From contig JAUFOQ010000016.1 in the NCBI GenBank assembly GCA_040285855.1, forward strand, positions 806,001 through 870,000: a stretch of DNA of 64,000 bases, given 5' to 3'. The DNA is from Eukaryota sp. GEM-RC1. Its lineage: Eukaryota. Below, piece after piece: positions 20,943 through 33,600 of this stretch. Below the pieces are notes generated by a model. That model was not told the origin of the DNA. It was given only the letters and a program-made list of their open reading frames with translations, and did no database searches. The position numbers and the translations under genes are program-made. The number at the start of each line of letters is the position of its first letter. Positions within the stretch are counted from its first letter, which is position 1.

Positions 20943-23900
20943 ATGACGTTTCTCTTCTATTTCCCGGTCGTTCTGACTCTCGTCGCAGCGTTGAGTCTTC
21001 CTGGCCTGGACGATCTCCCTGCACTGTTTGTGGACGAAACAACACATGAATTTGATGTTAACGTCAATCGACCTTTTACCAAGTTAAAATGCCATGGGAG
21101 TTTGATATCGTCTATACACCCACTTCCTACAACCCCCCTTACATCCCGAGATGTCGATCCGCTCCATCCATCTTTGTTTTCCGACGGCACTCACCTCTTC
21201 TCCCCATCCTCTTGCACTCCGTCCTCTTGTCATCTAACTGAAGTATCCCCGCTGTCTGCCTTCTCTCATCTCTCCTTCCGATACCAACACTCCGATCCCG
21301 ATCAACTCTTTCACTATTTCTTCAATTGGGATGAAGACACTGCTAGTCCAAAGGAAACCTTCTCCTTCTACGGAGTTGACTTTCCTGACACCTATCTCAA
21401 AGCCACAGCTTCCCTCTACCTTGACTTTGATTTCAACGTTGTCCAGGGCATCAGCAAAGTTGAAGTTCGCCTTGAAAATGAGCTCGATTCTTCCCTTGCA
21501 GTCAAATCTATCGACCCAAAAGAGCTCAAATTCCTACGAGAACTTCTTAACACTAAGATCGCTTCTTTTGTTCTTCAAGTTGGACCTGTTCCAATCCCTA
21601 TTGATTTCGATCTCAAAGTAGACATTGGAGTTGATATAGAGTCTCTTATTGAGTTAGAATCGTCTTTTAGTCTCACTGGAAGTAAGTCCTTTGTTAAGCT
21701 TACTTATACTCCTAAAGGGGGTCTTCTAGTTGACTATGGATTTGGTGAGTTCAATACTGCTTTGTCCAATCAAATTGATGGATCGGTGCACGTGTTTACT
21801 GGACTTAATGTAACCCTCTCAGTGACTTTACTTCGATTAATTACTTTTGAATTCGCAATTACTCCTTATGTCAATGGAATTTTCTCTTCTGAAGGTTGTC
21901 CGGGTTCCATTCATCAAATTGCTGACTTTCAATTAGACTTATTGGCTGGTATGAATAACATTGAAGTAGAAGTTCTGGGTAAGAAGTTCTCCTATGAGTC
22001 TCGTGTTAAATGGCACTATCCCGTTGTCTCTAATAATCTAATGAGTGGATGTTCCACGTCATCTTCTGTAACCCAAGTTGCCTCTTTTGTTCCCAATCAC
22101 AGTCAATCAGAGTATATTCTTCAATTTTCTTTTACTGAGAAAGACGGCAATGATGTCGAAAGATTGTACGTCCAAGTTGGAAGGGATCGTACTGATTGGT
22201 GTGACGATTACTCTGGATCTACTTGCCTAATTCAACATCAATTCTTTGCTCCTCACAATAGTCAGTTTTCCTTCATTGTTTATAGGGCAACTAGAGTGTT
22301 GTTTAACCGTGTTATTTGGAGAACAAAAGAGTATGAAGGTACTGTAGTAATTGATGGAGAAGAAGATATTGTGATTGAGACCGATGAGTTTATAATCACG
22401 ATTAATCCGCAAGTTACCACGAAAGTCGGGTTGAATTCGTTTGTAAGTACTGATTTTACTGATGAATTTGCGAAATATTTTAAAATTTCTGATGTAACTC
22501 AAAATTTGGAGAATACTGTGTTTCAATCAAAAATGATTGTTGATGGTGATGACGTCGACATGTCGATTTACAGTGCTGCTGGGGTTTCATCAGACAGCGG
22601 TGTCGATCATGGACAGTTTAGAAATCAATACCTTCCAGTTTTTCCATCACGTGCACAGTCAATCACTGTTGATTGCACTAAACGTCACAATTCAAGAGAT
22701 CTTCGATTAAGAGTCAACAATGTCGCGGTTTTAGAAATCGAACCTGATGAAACAACCCCAGTCACGATTGAGCTCTTCCATCAATCAAACGAGGAATTAA
22801 CCATAAAACTTGCTGAAAAACGTTTGGGTTCTGATAAAGATATTGTTGAGTTTGGTGTTGCCCCCGTTGTTATTTACAATACTTCTAGATCTGGTTCAAC
22901 TGACGACTCTTCCTGCACTGTTTCATCTCAAACCTTTTACCCAAACCTTTTCTTGAGTCTTACCCCTGTGTCTACTCCTAGCTCAGTTGTATTTGTTTTC
23001 AGTCAAGATCTAGCTTTTGATGGTTGTGTAAACGTCATGGAATCAGGGGTTTATCATTTCTCTTCAATCAAATCTGATGGGTTCTATCACGTCACCGGAA
23101 AGTGGTTCAATGTGATTGATGAAGATAAGATCTCAGCCAATTCGTTGATTGTTCGTAATCCTTCTACAATCGTTTCAGCTGCCAGTCAGAACACGTGTGT
23201 CAATTACTTTGATTTCCGATCATATTCAGAGAGTTTTTCTTCCAAACGAGTTGCCTTTGTTATTGATGTTCCAAGATCAAGCACCTCATCAATCAAAATA
23301 CCTTCCTTAATGAAAGGATCATATTCTCTGTTAAATTCTGATTTTTGGTCTAGTGATATTGTGTTTGAAGATCCTGAATTTGATTCGGAAATGATTATTT
23401 CCAACACGCGTTCAACAAATTTAAAATATTTGGTAATATTTGAGTGTGTACACGATAGTTGCTCTGGTACTATCCCTTTGCCTGAACATTCTGTCACTTT
23501 AATTTCAGGTTCTTCGCATATGGTAGGTTCTCATCACAAAACTGATTTCCAACTGTCAAGTGACTGTCATCAATGTCGAGTTGATTATGAAAAGAGGTCA
23601 GATGTGAATGTTGACGTTACAATTGGTGATGATACAGAATCTCTTTCTTCTTACGGTTATTTTAATGTTCCTGAGTGTCGCTTTTCTTTGTCTGCATCTT
23701 CATCAAGTGATTACATGTCACTAACGTCATCCTGTCTTTATACAACGGCTGATGAAATGCATTTACCACCAATGGGCAAGGTTTTAGTTGACAATTCAGT
23801 CTCACTCAGCAGTAATGAATGGTTTATTGCATTGTTTGCTGATTCTTGTGAAAATTGTAAATTAGAACGATCACCATATATTGGAGATTTTTCTCGAATG

Positions 23901-24443
23901 TTTGTTGGCTCGGAGACAGAGCTAATTGAGGTTTCTTCAGTGGGAGATTCTGCTAATGCTAAGCTTTTACTTGTTTCCCTTGCTGATACAGAGTGTAATG
24001 TAACTTGTAAAATCGTGGGTGCTAAGTCACTTAATTGTAGTGTTGGGTGGCCTTTTGTCTTTCTTCCAGGTCTTTTTGATGTTGACTTTGCTGATGAGAA
24101 TGTAAGAATTGTTGATAAGGATGGGGAAAGCCACCATTTGGGTATTGAAGAAATTCAATTTGACAGTCCGATTTCTATTAAAATCTCTGCCAAGAATGAT
24201 GTCTTTGAAGGACGTTTAAGATTTGGTGGTTCTTTACTAGGAGTAGAACAAGTAGACAGTCAAAGCTTTACGCTACCTGAAGAAGCTGATGCCACGTTTT
24301 TTGAAAGATTTTGGTACATTGCAGTTATTCTGATTGTTTTAGTTCTTATTGCTGCAATTGTGGTAATTGTGCTGAAGAAACGCAAACCACCAAAAGAGAC
24401 TCAAGTATTCCAAATGCCTAATCTGCGTGCTGTTCCTGTATAG
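20943..24443 (+). CDS. Large type I membrane / cell-surface protein, function unknown
   Basis: ATG at 20943 begins a signal-peptide-like stretch; beta-rich, Cys-containing ectodomain; TM helix WYIAVILIVLVLIAAIVVIVL followed by KKRK. Confidence 0.75.
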   Translation: MTFLFYFPVVLTLVAALSLPGLDDLPALFVDETTHEFDVNVNRPFTKLKCHGSLISSIHPLPTTPLTSRDVDPLHPSLFSDGTHLFSPSSCTPSSCHLTEVSPLSAFSHLSFRYQHSDPDQLFHYFFNWDEDTASPKETFSFYGVDFPDTYLKATASLYLDFDFNVVQGISKVEVRLENELDSSLAVKSIDPKELKFLRELLNTKIASFVLQVGPVPIPIDFDLKVDIGVDIESLIELESSFSLTGSKSFVKLTYTPKGGLLVDYGFGEFNTALSNQIDGSVHVFTGLNVTLSVTLLRLITFEFAITPYVNGIFSSEGCPGSIHQIADFQLDLLAGMNNIEVEVLGKKFSYESRVKWHYPVVSNNLMSGCSTSSSVTQVASFVPNHSQSEYILQFSFTEKDGNDVERLYVQVGRDRTDWCDDYSGSTCLIQHQFFAPHNSQFSFIVYRATRVLFNRVIWRTKEYEGTVVIDGEEDIVIETDEFIITINPQVTTKVGLNSFVSTDFTDEFAKYFKISDVTQNLENTVFQSKMIVDGDDVDMSIYSAAGVSSDSGVDHGQFRNQYLPVFPSRAQSITVDCTKRHNSRDLRLRVNNVAVLEIEPDETTPVTIELFHQSNEELTIKLAEKRLGSDKDIVEFGVAPVVIYNTSRSGSTDDSSCTVSSQTFYPNLFLSLTPVSTPSSVVFVFSQDLAFDGCVNVMESGVYHFSSIKSDGFYHVTGKWFNVIDEDKISANSLIVRNPSTIVSAASQNTCVNYFDFRSYSESFSSKRVAFVIDVPRSSTSSIKIPSLMKGSYSLLNSDFWSSDIVFEDPEFDSEMIISNTRSTNLKYLVIFECVHDSCSGTIPLPEHSVTLISGSSHMVGSHHKTDFQLSSDCHQCRVDYEKRSDVNVDVTIGDDTESLSSYGYFNVPECRFSLSASSSSDYMSLTSSCLYTTADEMHLPPMGKVLVDNSVSLSSNEWFIALFADSCENCKLERSPYIGDFSRMFVGSETELIEVSSVGDSANAKLLLVSLADTECNVTCKIVGAKSLNCSVGWPFVFLPGLFDVDFADENVRIVDKDGESHHLGIEEIQFDSPISIKISAKNDVFEGRLRFGGSLLGVEQVDSQSFTLPEEADATFFERFWYIAVILIVLVLIAAIVVIVLKKRKPPKETQVFQMPNLRAVPV

Positions 24444-24606
24444 ATTTTGACTAATTGTTTGTAAATGATTTTGTTCATTGTTAATTGTTTTTTATAAATT
24501 TCAATCGTAACAAATAATAGAATATTAATTTATAGAAAAACTCAAACTAATGTACAATAGAAAAATACAATGCCATAATATGCAAAACAGCGAATTTAAA
24601 TCAAAA

Positions 24607-27600
24607 TTAGAATTTGAGTGCACAGAATAGAGCTACACCCCGCTTAATCCAATGCGATTGATCTTCTTTAGATGGAATCTCGACCGAAACAACATAATTA
24701 GTAGAATGACCAGTTGTTGACAATGTACCAGCTCTAGCAAGAGTCTTGTACATTGGACAGTCGTAAATTCCAGTCTCAGGCTTGGGTCTGTTAGGGACAG
24801 GACATAAATGTAGAACAGGGAACTCAGTGAAAAGTTCCTTGGGAGACGATTCAACTAAGGAATGTTCCTCAGCTGACCATCCGGCACCTTCCAAAAAGAG
24901 ACCATAGATATAACAGCCATCTTCAGGCTTTTCAGTAATTTCATGAGGTTTTTTCTCAAGGACGTTGAAAGCAAAAGAGACTGTATCAATGGAGACTACG
25001 TGTTTTCTTGCGTAGTTCTGGAGAGTTCCAGTCAAAAAGGCTTGAGGGAAGAAGAAAGAAGATATGTGGAAGACATTGGGAATACCGTTTTCAACCCAAT
25101 TATCAATAAACAAAAGTCTATTTTTCAAATCAACAATCCATGACATTAAAGGTTTCAACGATGGATAAGCAACGGCTGCCCAAAGTGAAGGAACTTGATT
25201 GTTAAAGATAGAGCTAGACATTTCTTCTAATTGAGCACTCAGAACCACCTCACCTTTGAGAGCCTTAAGCAAGTCTGACAGTGAGTTCTTCATAACTTGA
25301 AGCATTCTGTTATATCTAATAACTTCTTGAATTAGTACAGTATTCATAGATTCCTCGTAAAGAACCGGGTATTTCTCAGTGATTGACTCAAGATCATACA
25401 CGTCATGTAGCTCAGAAAGAATAGTCCTAGTCGTGGTTTCAATGACTTCCTCACGTGATAATCCTTTAACAGCTCCTGTAGCTCGGGGTTGCATTAACAA
25501 CAGCTGCTCGAACATTGCAAAGGTTTCGTTCTGAGCACAAGTGATCGCAGCATTTGAATGAAGTCCAAAGACTTCTGGGCTGGTATTTAAACCCAAGTTT
25601 CGTAGGTAATCGCAATATTCTTCATTAGTGTTAGCGTCGATTGTTCGGAATTCACCATCACTTGAGAACTTGTAGCCCTCTTGTAAAACTCCGTCATTAA
25701 CAAAGTCCTCAATAAGAGTGTTAATGGTTCTTTTATCCAGACCATCAGTAATTCTTCCACCGTAATTAATTTGGGCAGTCAAGAATTTTAAAACTTTGAA
25801 GGGAACTTCACGGTATTTTTCCAAAAAGATGTGTAATTGTCGGACACAAACGCTCAAATCTCCAGGTGCAATTTCATAAGGAATATTAAATCCAAGTGCT
25901 CCAAACTTTCTTCTTTCAGTGACAGTCGCGTGGAACAACGATAGTCCAAACAACTGCTTTCTAAACTCATTAGGATTCGTGGGATGTTCTAGGAAAGTAT
26001 CATCGTAATTAGACCAACTTCTCAATAGATTTGCTCTTAAACCCATTGGAGGTTCATTAGTCATTTTAACACCATTCTGAAGTATAGTGACTGGGAAAGC
26101 TTTACTAGGCATTGAGGTCAACCACAGTCTAAACTCAGGTCTAACCTTATCAGGATCCATTTGTTCAACAATGGCTTCGAGAGTGGACATCCAACTACTT
26201 GCTAAATGGCAGTTCTGAAGTAAAACCCAGTGGCCTTGTGAAGCGGCGGCTTGGATGAGTTCAGCAGCCTTGTCTCCTTGACCTTGACCGAGGGAAACAT
26301 TGGCGAGCTTTGATCTCATCCTCATTTTATCAGCAAAGTCAAAGAGATCTCCAGCGGGATCTGCACCAGCTGAAAGAACAAAGATGAGTGGGGATAAAGC
26401 GGATGAATCTCTAAAGGAGGAAGCGAGATCAAAGGTGGGGGGAATGATGTACTTTCTACCAAGAATTGCAGTGACGTATTCTTGAACTGCCTCAACGACT
26501 TTATCACTACGAATGCATCTCATGATTAGAAGACGTTTAAAGCAATCAAGGCCAGAGTAGGGCTCAGGTAAGGGTTCCTTATGAGCATCGTTGGAGTCGA
26601 AAACACGCTGCCAGTCAGAAAGATTGTCTAATAACGATTGTGCGAAATTTTTAAATGTTTCAAGTTCACCCAAATTACAAATCTCAGCCCACATTTCTTT
26701 AGTTACCCAACCTCCAGGACACTCTAAAGGCATTGAAGTAAGGGAACCTCCTGAAATCAAGAAACGCCATTCCATTGGATTGATGTTACCAGCTTTTTGT
26801 TCAATTCTAATTGTCATTAAGAAGGAGAAGAGAAGCTTATGACGTTCAAATAGTGAACGACAGATATTTTCATATAGAGAATATGTTAAATAATCGTTCA
26901 AATTTTGTAGCCGCTGCTTAATATCATCATCCTTTTCAGCGCTATGAATTCCCTTAACAAACAAGTTCATAAACCATTGAAGAGAATACTGGTACATAGG
27001 ATCGATATTTGAAATGTCAATGACACAGAAATAAAGAGTTGCACATAGATCAGCAACGGGGAGATACTCAAGTCTAGTATTATTGATTTCCTTCTCGGTA
27101 ATAGCAGCTTCAGCAACCTTTTCTTTAATCTTTGAAGCTACTTCCTTACTGTTAGATAGAATGTTAATAGCTTCGTCACTTTCTAACAGCTCTTCCTGGG
27201 GAGTTTCTACTAGGACTTTAAGCATGTCATCTTCAATTGTACGAAGTTCCTTGGCCATTTGAGCATTGTCTTTGATAAGTTTAGCTCTCATTTGTTCTAG
27301 TTCCGGTTTTTCTTCGATAACAAGCTTTGAAAGCAATTGATCCTCGAGACCACCCATAGTAATGGTAAAGTTGAGGAGAGTTACCTTTACAGAAGTTTCA
27401 GGAGCATAATGAGGATTAGGCATTTTAGAAGTAATGAAAAGTCTGAAATCAGAATGATATGCAATCGTTTGATCTCCAAGCTTAATCATTTCGGTACCAC
27501 CTTCCTTAAACGTTGATCTAAGCAATAAAGGTTCCAAAGAAGGTGGGAAGTCCTCCCCAACGTTCTCAAGAAGAATGGCACGTCCAAATCGAACACCATT

Positions 27601-30600
27601 CTCCAACTTTCTGTTAAAGTCACGATCAGAAAGCTTGACAATGTCAAACCCAATATCCTTGTAAGCATTTCTAATCCATCTGTTAGCTTGACCCTGAGGA
27701 TCAATCATCACTGGCCAACGCTTGGCTTTACTCATAATGATGGCGTTTTCGATTGAGAGATTATCAGTAGGGAGACCATCAACTAACCATGATCTAATCT
27801 GAACTGGATCTCCTAGAGTGGTAATTAGAGTGTAATTAGAAGAGTAGGGGATTTGATACTCACGTAGAGATTCCTTCCAAGAATTGGCCATGGATTCTCT
27901 GAATTCTGCAGTGAAAGCTCCAAGGTAAGCAACGTAACCAGCGGAAAGCATGACGTCACCGACAAGATTGGTCTCTTGTTCATCAAAGTCTTTAACAGTG
28001 GCTTCCCATCTTTCTTTCTCAGATCCCAAGGAATCTAAAAGCTTAGTGGCACGAGCCATTTTAATTTGAGAAGATTCTACATTGGTTTGCAGAGCTTCCT
28101 TGACCTTAAGTTTCTCATCCAAAAGGCGTTGTAGTTTAGCAATTGATTCTTCGACTTCTTGTAACTCAGCTTTCTTAGCAGCAAGTGCTTTCTCAGTAAC
28201 AGCGAGCTCCGCCTTTGCTTCGGCCAGTTTGATTCGTTTTGGCTCGACTGTTTTGAACACAGTGTTATACTTATAACAAGCAATAACCCATTGACACATA
28301 GACTTACAAGCTTCAGAAACCTTTTGAATAGTCTCGGGATTAAAGCCAGGATCGTCAATGAAAGGAGTAATTGCCTTAATAGTACTAGGGGCGATCTCCT
28401 CAGCATTATACTCCAATAGAGAATCCATGAGACCCTTGGCATTGGAGAGTAAACTCTTTGAAGGGGTCCAGAAATCGTCAATCTTTTTACCAGGAACTCC
28501 TGAGGGATCGTTGATTCTATTAGGGCGAATACCAAGCATTACACAGATAGCCTGCATGACTAGCTTAACACCAGCTGGAGGAGATTTGTAGTTGGCAACT
28601 TCCTGGATGGATTTAATCTTAAGACATTGAACAGATTCTCTGGCAGACTCAAGGATGGGGATAGCTTCAGCTAAATCTTCTTCTGCACTTTCTTTAACTG
28701 AACGAACTTCCTCGGCCTTTGCTGCGGCTTCAGCTTCTTCTTCTGCAACGGCGGCTCGAGTGATAGCAGCAGCTTCATTATCTTTGTTAATCTGGGTAAT
28801 CATTTCATCAGTTTCAGCTGATTGTTTCTTTAATTGGGGAACAAGTTTTTCTAATTCATCACGGAGAACATCAACTTCTGCGGACGTTCTAATAATAGTA
28901 TTAATACCAACTAACAGACGACTCTTACCCTGTCTGATTTCAGTTCCTTTTTCTTTTAGTAAATCATTAAAAGTGGATAGAACCTCCAAATAAGAAGTGG
29001 GTGTAACATAGTTATACCGCCTCAGCTCTTCTCTGTATCTGATTGACATTTTCTCAACAGTTTGATGAATGGCAACGCACATCTTAACAACTCCTTGTCT
29101 AAGAATAACTTCATTAGCTTCTATTTCATTTGCTTGTTCAGGAGTACAGTTCTTGGGACGACCAATTAGCTTAGACTCAGAGAAAACAGAAGCAGCTACA
29201 GACTCTAGAGCTTCACCAGGCCATTCAGTGAACCAATCAATGGTACAACAATTGACTAGCGATGGGAACATACGAAGTCTGGATCTAAAGGCTTCTCCCA
29301 TTGGAGACATACATAGAACAACGTGAATGTTTTCACGAACTCTTGACTTGAAAGCGGCATAAAGGTTAAGTTTGTTGGGAATGATTTTTTTAGCTTGACA
29401 AACAGGAAGCATTGCTTGATAAATAGTTTCTAATTCGTTAATGTCGAAAATATTTGGTACATCTCCTGAATTTAAAATATTATTAATATCTTCCAAAAAT
29501 TCCTCAACGACAATCTGAGCATCAGTAAACAGAAACACTGTAGACTTCAACTCCAGACCACATTCAAACAATACTTTCTTCAAATCTTCTCTAAACTGAT
29601 CTATTCCATATCCCTTTGCGATTTCAATCTGGATGACGTTATACTCGCAAATAAAAGAAGCAAGTCTAGTTAATGATTGACGTCCAGAACCACCAACACC
29701 TAGTAGTAAGAGGTTACCGTAAGGCTGCCGAAGGACACGAACAATTCTAGTAACATGCTCAACTGCGTTCTGGAACATTACCAGGTTCATTGCTTGTTGA
29801 GAAACTAAATTGTAATCCTCGAGATAATCACGAACTCTCTTGATTAGAGTAGGAACTGATTGGATTTCCTTGTACTTACGTGGTTCAGATCCAGAACCGA
29901 GGAAATCACCATAGATTAAACGACTGGATGTAGCGACGTCATCAAAATTGATGTCGAATTGATTTTGAACTGTTTTGTAGACAATTTCGGAAAAGGCAGT
30001 TCGATCCTCATCATTAATCAATCGATCCATAAATACACGTTGACATTCATGAGCCCAAAGACGAATAAGTGAGTTCTTTGATTCTAAAGCCTTAGGATCT
30101 GCCATGAGCATTCCTTGAATAACCTTGGATAAATCACGAAGATTAAAGGTGTAATGACTACGAGCAGGAGTGGGAAGGAGGGAGGATGACACGTCATGGT
30201 AGAGATCAACAGTTGCCGAAACAACGGAATCACGGAGGGACCGAAGTTCATCAGAAAAATCAGGCTTGTCGAGATACCATCCAACAATTTTGTTGAAAAT
30301 TTGATTGAGTGATTTCGATGATAAATCAACAAAATTTAAAATATTAAAATGTCGTAATAATCTGTTAGTAACTGGATTACGACCTCCACCAGGAGGACCC
30401 ATTGCAGTGATAAACTGAACATCAACTAAATACCTCATATACAAGTCCTTTCGATCATACCAACCACCATAATCCATGAACTGTCGAATCAACTCAATAG
30501 GAGGTTGAGCTCCATACTTCTCCAGTTTAGGCATGTTGAGATCATCAATGAAGACGACCATCTTAGTACCAAGAGGAGGACCGTAGTAGACGGCTCTGCG

Positions 30601-33600
30601 ACGTTCGATTTTAGAATCGATAATATCTTGAGTCATGTTGGCGGAAGTTTGGGCGGAAAAGTTCATAAATGAAGGGGTGAATTTAGTTTCCATTTGATTA
30701 GAGAGGAGATCAGTGATTTGGACAGTCTTTCCTGTTCCAGTATCACCAGAACACAAGACGTGAGATCCATTACTGGCAAGGATTTTAATCAAATATTGAT
30801 AACCGATTGATTCGGGAGTCGGAACAATCATTTCGCTGAATCTTGCCTTTTCAGGAATTTCAAAAGGTGGTACAGTAGAAAGCCAAGTAACCCATTGGTT
30901 TTGTTCGTCATCAAACAGATATTCAAAAATAGTTCCTTCTGTTGGAACATCAGCTTTAATGGAGTGAGTAGAAATACATTCTCGTAAGAAAGAGTCCAAT
31001 TTAGGCTGGGATTTGTCAATAATCGTTGCTCCTAGAGACCAAACACATGAAAAAATGAAGATTGAATCAATAACTGAAGGCAGACGTTCCAAATCTTCTA
31101 CTGGTACAGGGTTTAACTCGTCCAAGGGTTGATACTTCTGCAAGAATGCATCAAATATTCTAAAACAAGACTGAATCAGATTAGAAGTAACTGCAGGGAC
31201 TAACTCAATACATTGCTTCTTAACAAACACTAGTGTAGGATCTAGAACACTATTACAAAGTTCTGAAACTCGTTCTTTAAACTGCATACAATTTTCAGGT
31301 AAAGTATTTAACCAACTCTGGAACAGAACTTCAATAGGAACTGTACTCTTGGGATCCAAGTAAACCATACCACATCTAGAAACAGTAGCAGGGGAAGCCT
31401 GTGCGAGATCTTCTACCTCAAACATAATTCTCATTTGAGGAGTTAGAGGGATAATTTCACCAGAGTTTAGACAAAGTTTCTTATTATCATCTAGTACTGT
31501 GTTCATGTTTTCAATCCAGACAGCATCAACGGGACCATCACAAATGATCCAATTATAATCAGGTGACGTGTCTTCAGCAGCTTTACGGATACAGTTAGCT
31601 AAAACTCCATCGAACCACTCCTGGGTGTTCTTATCTCTACCACCGTAGAGTTGTTCAGAAGTAATTGATTTAGGATTGAGCACGTGGGTTTTGGTCTTTT
31701 GGTATTTATCATCAGTTCCAGCCAACTTTCCAAGTGCACATTGAAGCACCTTATAACAACAAGACTTACCTCCTGCCGTGGGTCCTACAAGCATGAGACC
31801 ATGACGGAGGATGATGGTCTCCCACAGTTGGATTACCTTTGTAATGAAACCTTCGTTTGGTTGAAGGTTGAGATCAGTAATGGACTCTTTGATAGCGACT
31901 AACAGAGGACCATAGTCAACTTCTACAGGTTTAACACCAGGGAACAAATCAGAAATGATACCTTTAAACAGGGGAATGTCATCAGCAAGGAACTTGGGAA
32001 CATTACAATCAGTAAGAGCTCGTAGGAGCACGTGTTCCTCAGACATTTCTAGATCTTGACGACGAAGATTACCAGCAGCGGAGATAACAGTGTTTACAGC
32101 TCTCATACCAAAATCATAATGGTATTGAGACGATAGTTGTTCAGAAGAAAGTTTAAAAGTAGAGACCATCTTAGTGGAAAGTGATTGTGATTGAGTAAAA
32201 CCAAATGAAAACAATCTGATTTGAGCAATCAGAGCGTAATCGGGAACCATACAAGCAACAGGTCTAAACAGTACCTTTAGATTATCAGGAAGTTCAGTTC
32301 TTCCGGCATAACCAGGATTCATAGTAATAAAGCAAGCAAAGTTAGGATTAAGAGGAATATCAGTGCCTCCAAAGACAAATCTGGCTTGACGTTCCTTTAC
32401 AGCAGTGTAGATAGTTGAAAGTTGTTGGGCAATAACAGAAAGCACTTCTATATCAATTCTATTAAACTCATCGAAGCAAGCCCAGGCACCAGCCATAGCA
32501 AGACCCTTGAAGAACTTCTCCATTGCAAGATAGTTAAGACCATCTGAACAATTGAAGACAACACATTGATTAGCAAGAGCTTTAGCCAAATCCTTGGTAG
32601 TTTCAGTCTTACCAGTACCAGCAGGACCAGCTGGAGCTCCTCCCATATGAAGTGCAATGGCACCCATGAGAGTCATGTAGATCTTGTTAGTAAGGGGAGT
32701 GATAACAAGTCTAGCAGTATTACCTAGATATTCGTAACAGTAGGGGGCAACAGTCTGAACAATCTCAACAAAGACGTTGTCCTTGTCCTTATCATCTGGT
32801 CTCCAGTAGTAACGAAGTTGGGAGAGCCATTCGAAATCACCCTTATTGGAAACGTCACATTCAATGAGATTCTTAACGACATCACGTGCGTGAACGTCTA
32901 GAGTGATTAAAGCTCCCAAAGTGAGAGTGTCAAGTACAGACAAGTCTCCACGTACAAGGAAGGTAATGTCTGTGAGCTGTTTACCTAGTTTTTCGAGTAA
33001 TTGTGGAAGTTCGTTCTTTTCAATAGCATCTTCTACTTCCATTGTCCATACAATCATATCTACTGCTAGCACAACCTGTCCAGCAAACTTCCTGACCCAT
33101 TCAGTTCTGGGAAGTTCAAAGTAACTTTTGAGAGCTATTTCAATTTGGTTACGAACGGAGCTTCTCATCATGTTTTCAATATCACACATCCAATTCTCAA
33201 CTAACAGCGTAGGTTTGATAGGAGAAACAAACTCAATACACTCATTCTCAGCAGAAAACATGGCAGTCATTAGATTATCAGAACCTTCGAAGCGTAGTTT
33301 ATGGATATTCTCATAGCACTTCTTCAAATGAGGCTGTACTGCAGTAGGATCCTTAGTTTGGGATAGAATTTTAAGTAAATCGTCATCAGAAAGGAAGTAG
33401 AATCGAGCAAAGACGGCACGTTTACTTTCAAGGTATTGGGATAGACCCTTTTGAACTTGACTGAGTAAAACATTAGAATCTTTGAATTTTTTTAATAAGT
33501 CTGATCCTTGGCAGTATGATAAAACATCGGGGTTCTTATGAGCTTCACCCAAAAGCTTTCTCCAAGTAAGATCAACAGTCTGAAATCTCTTATACTCTTG

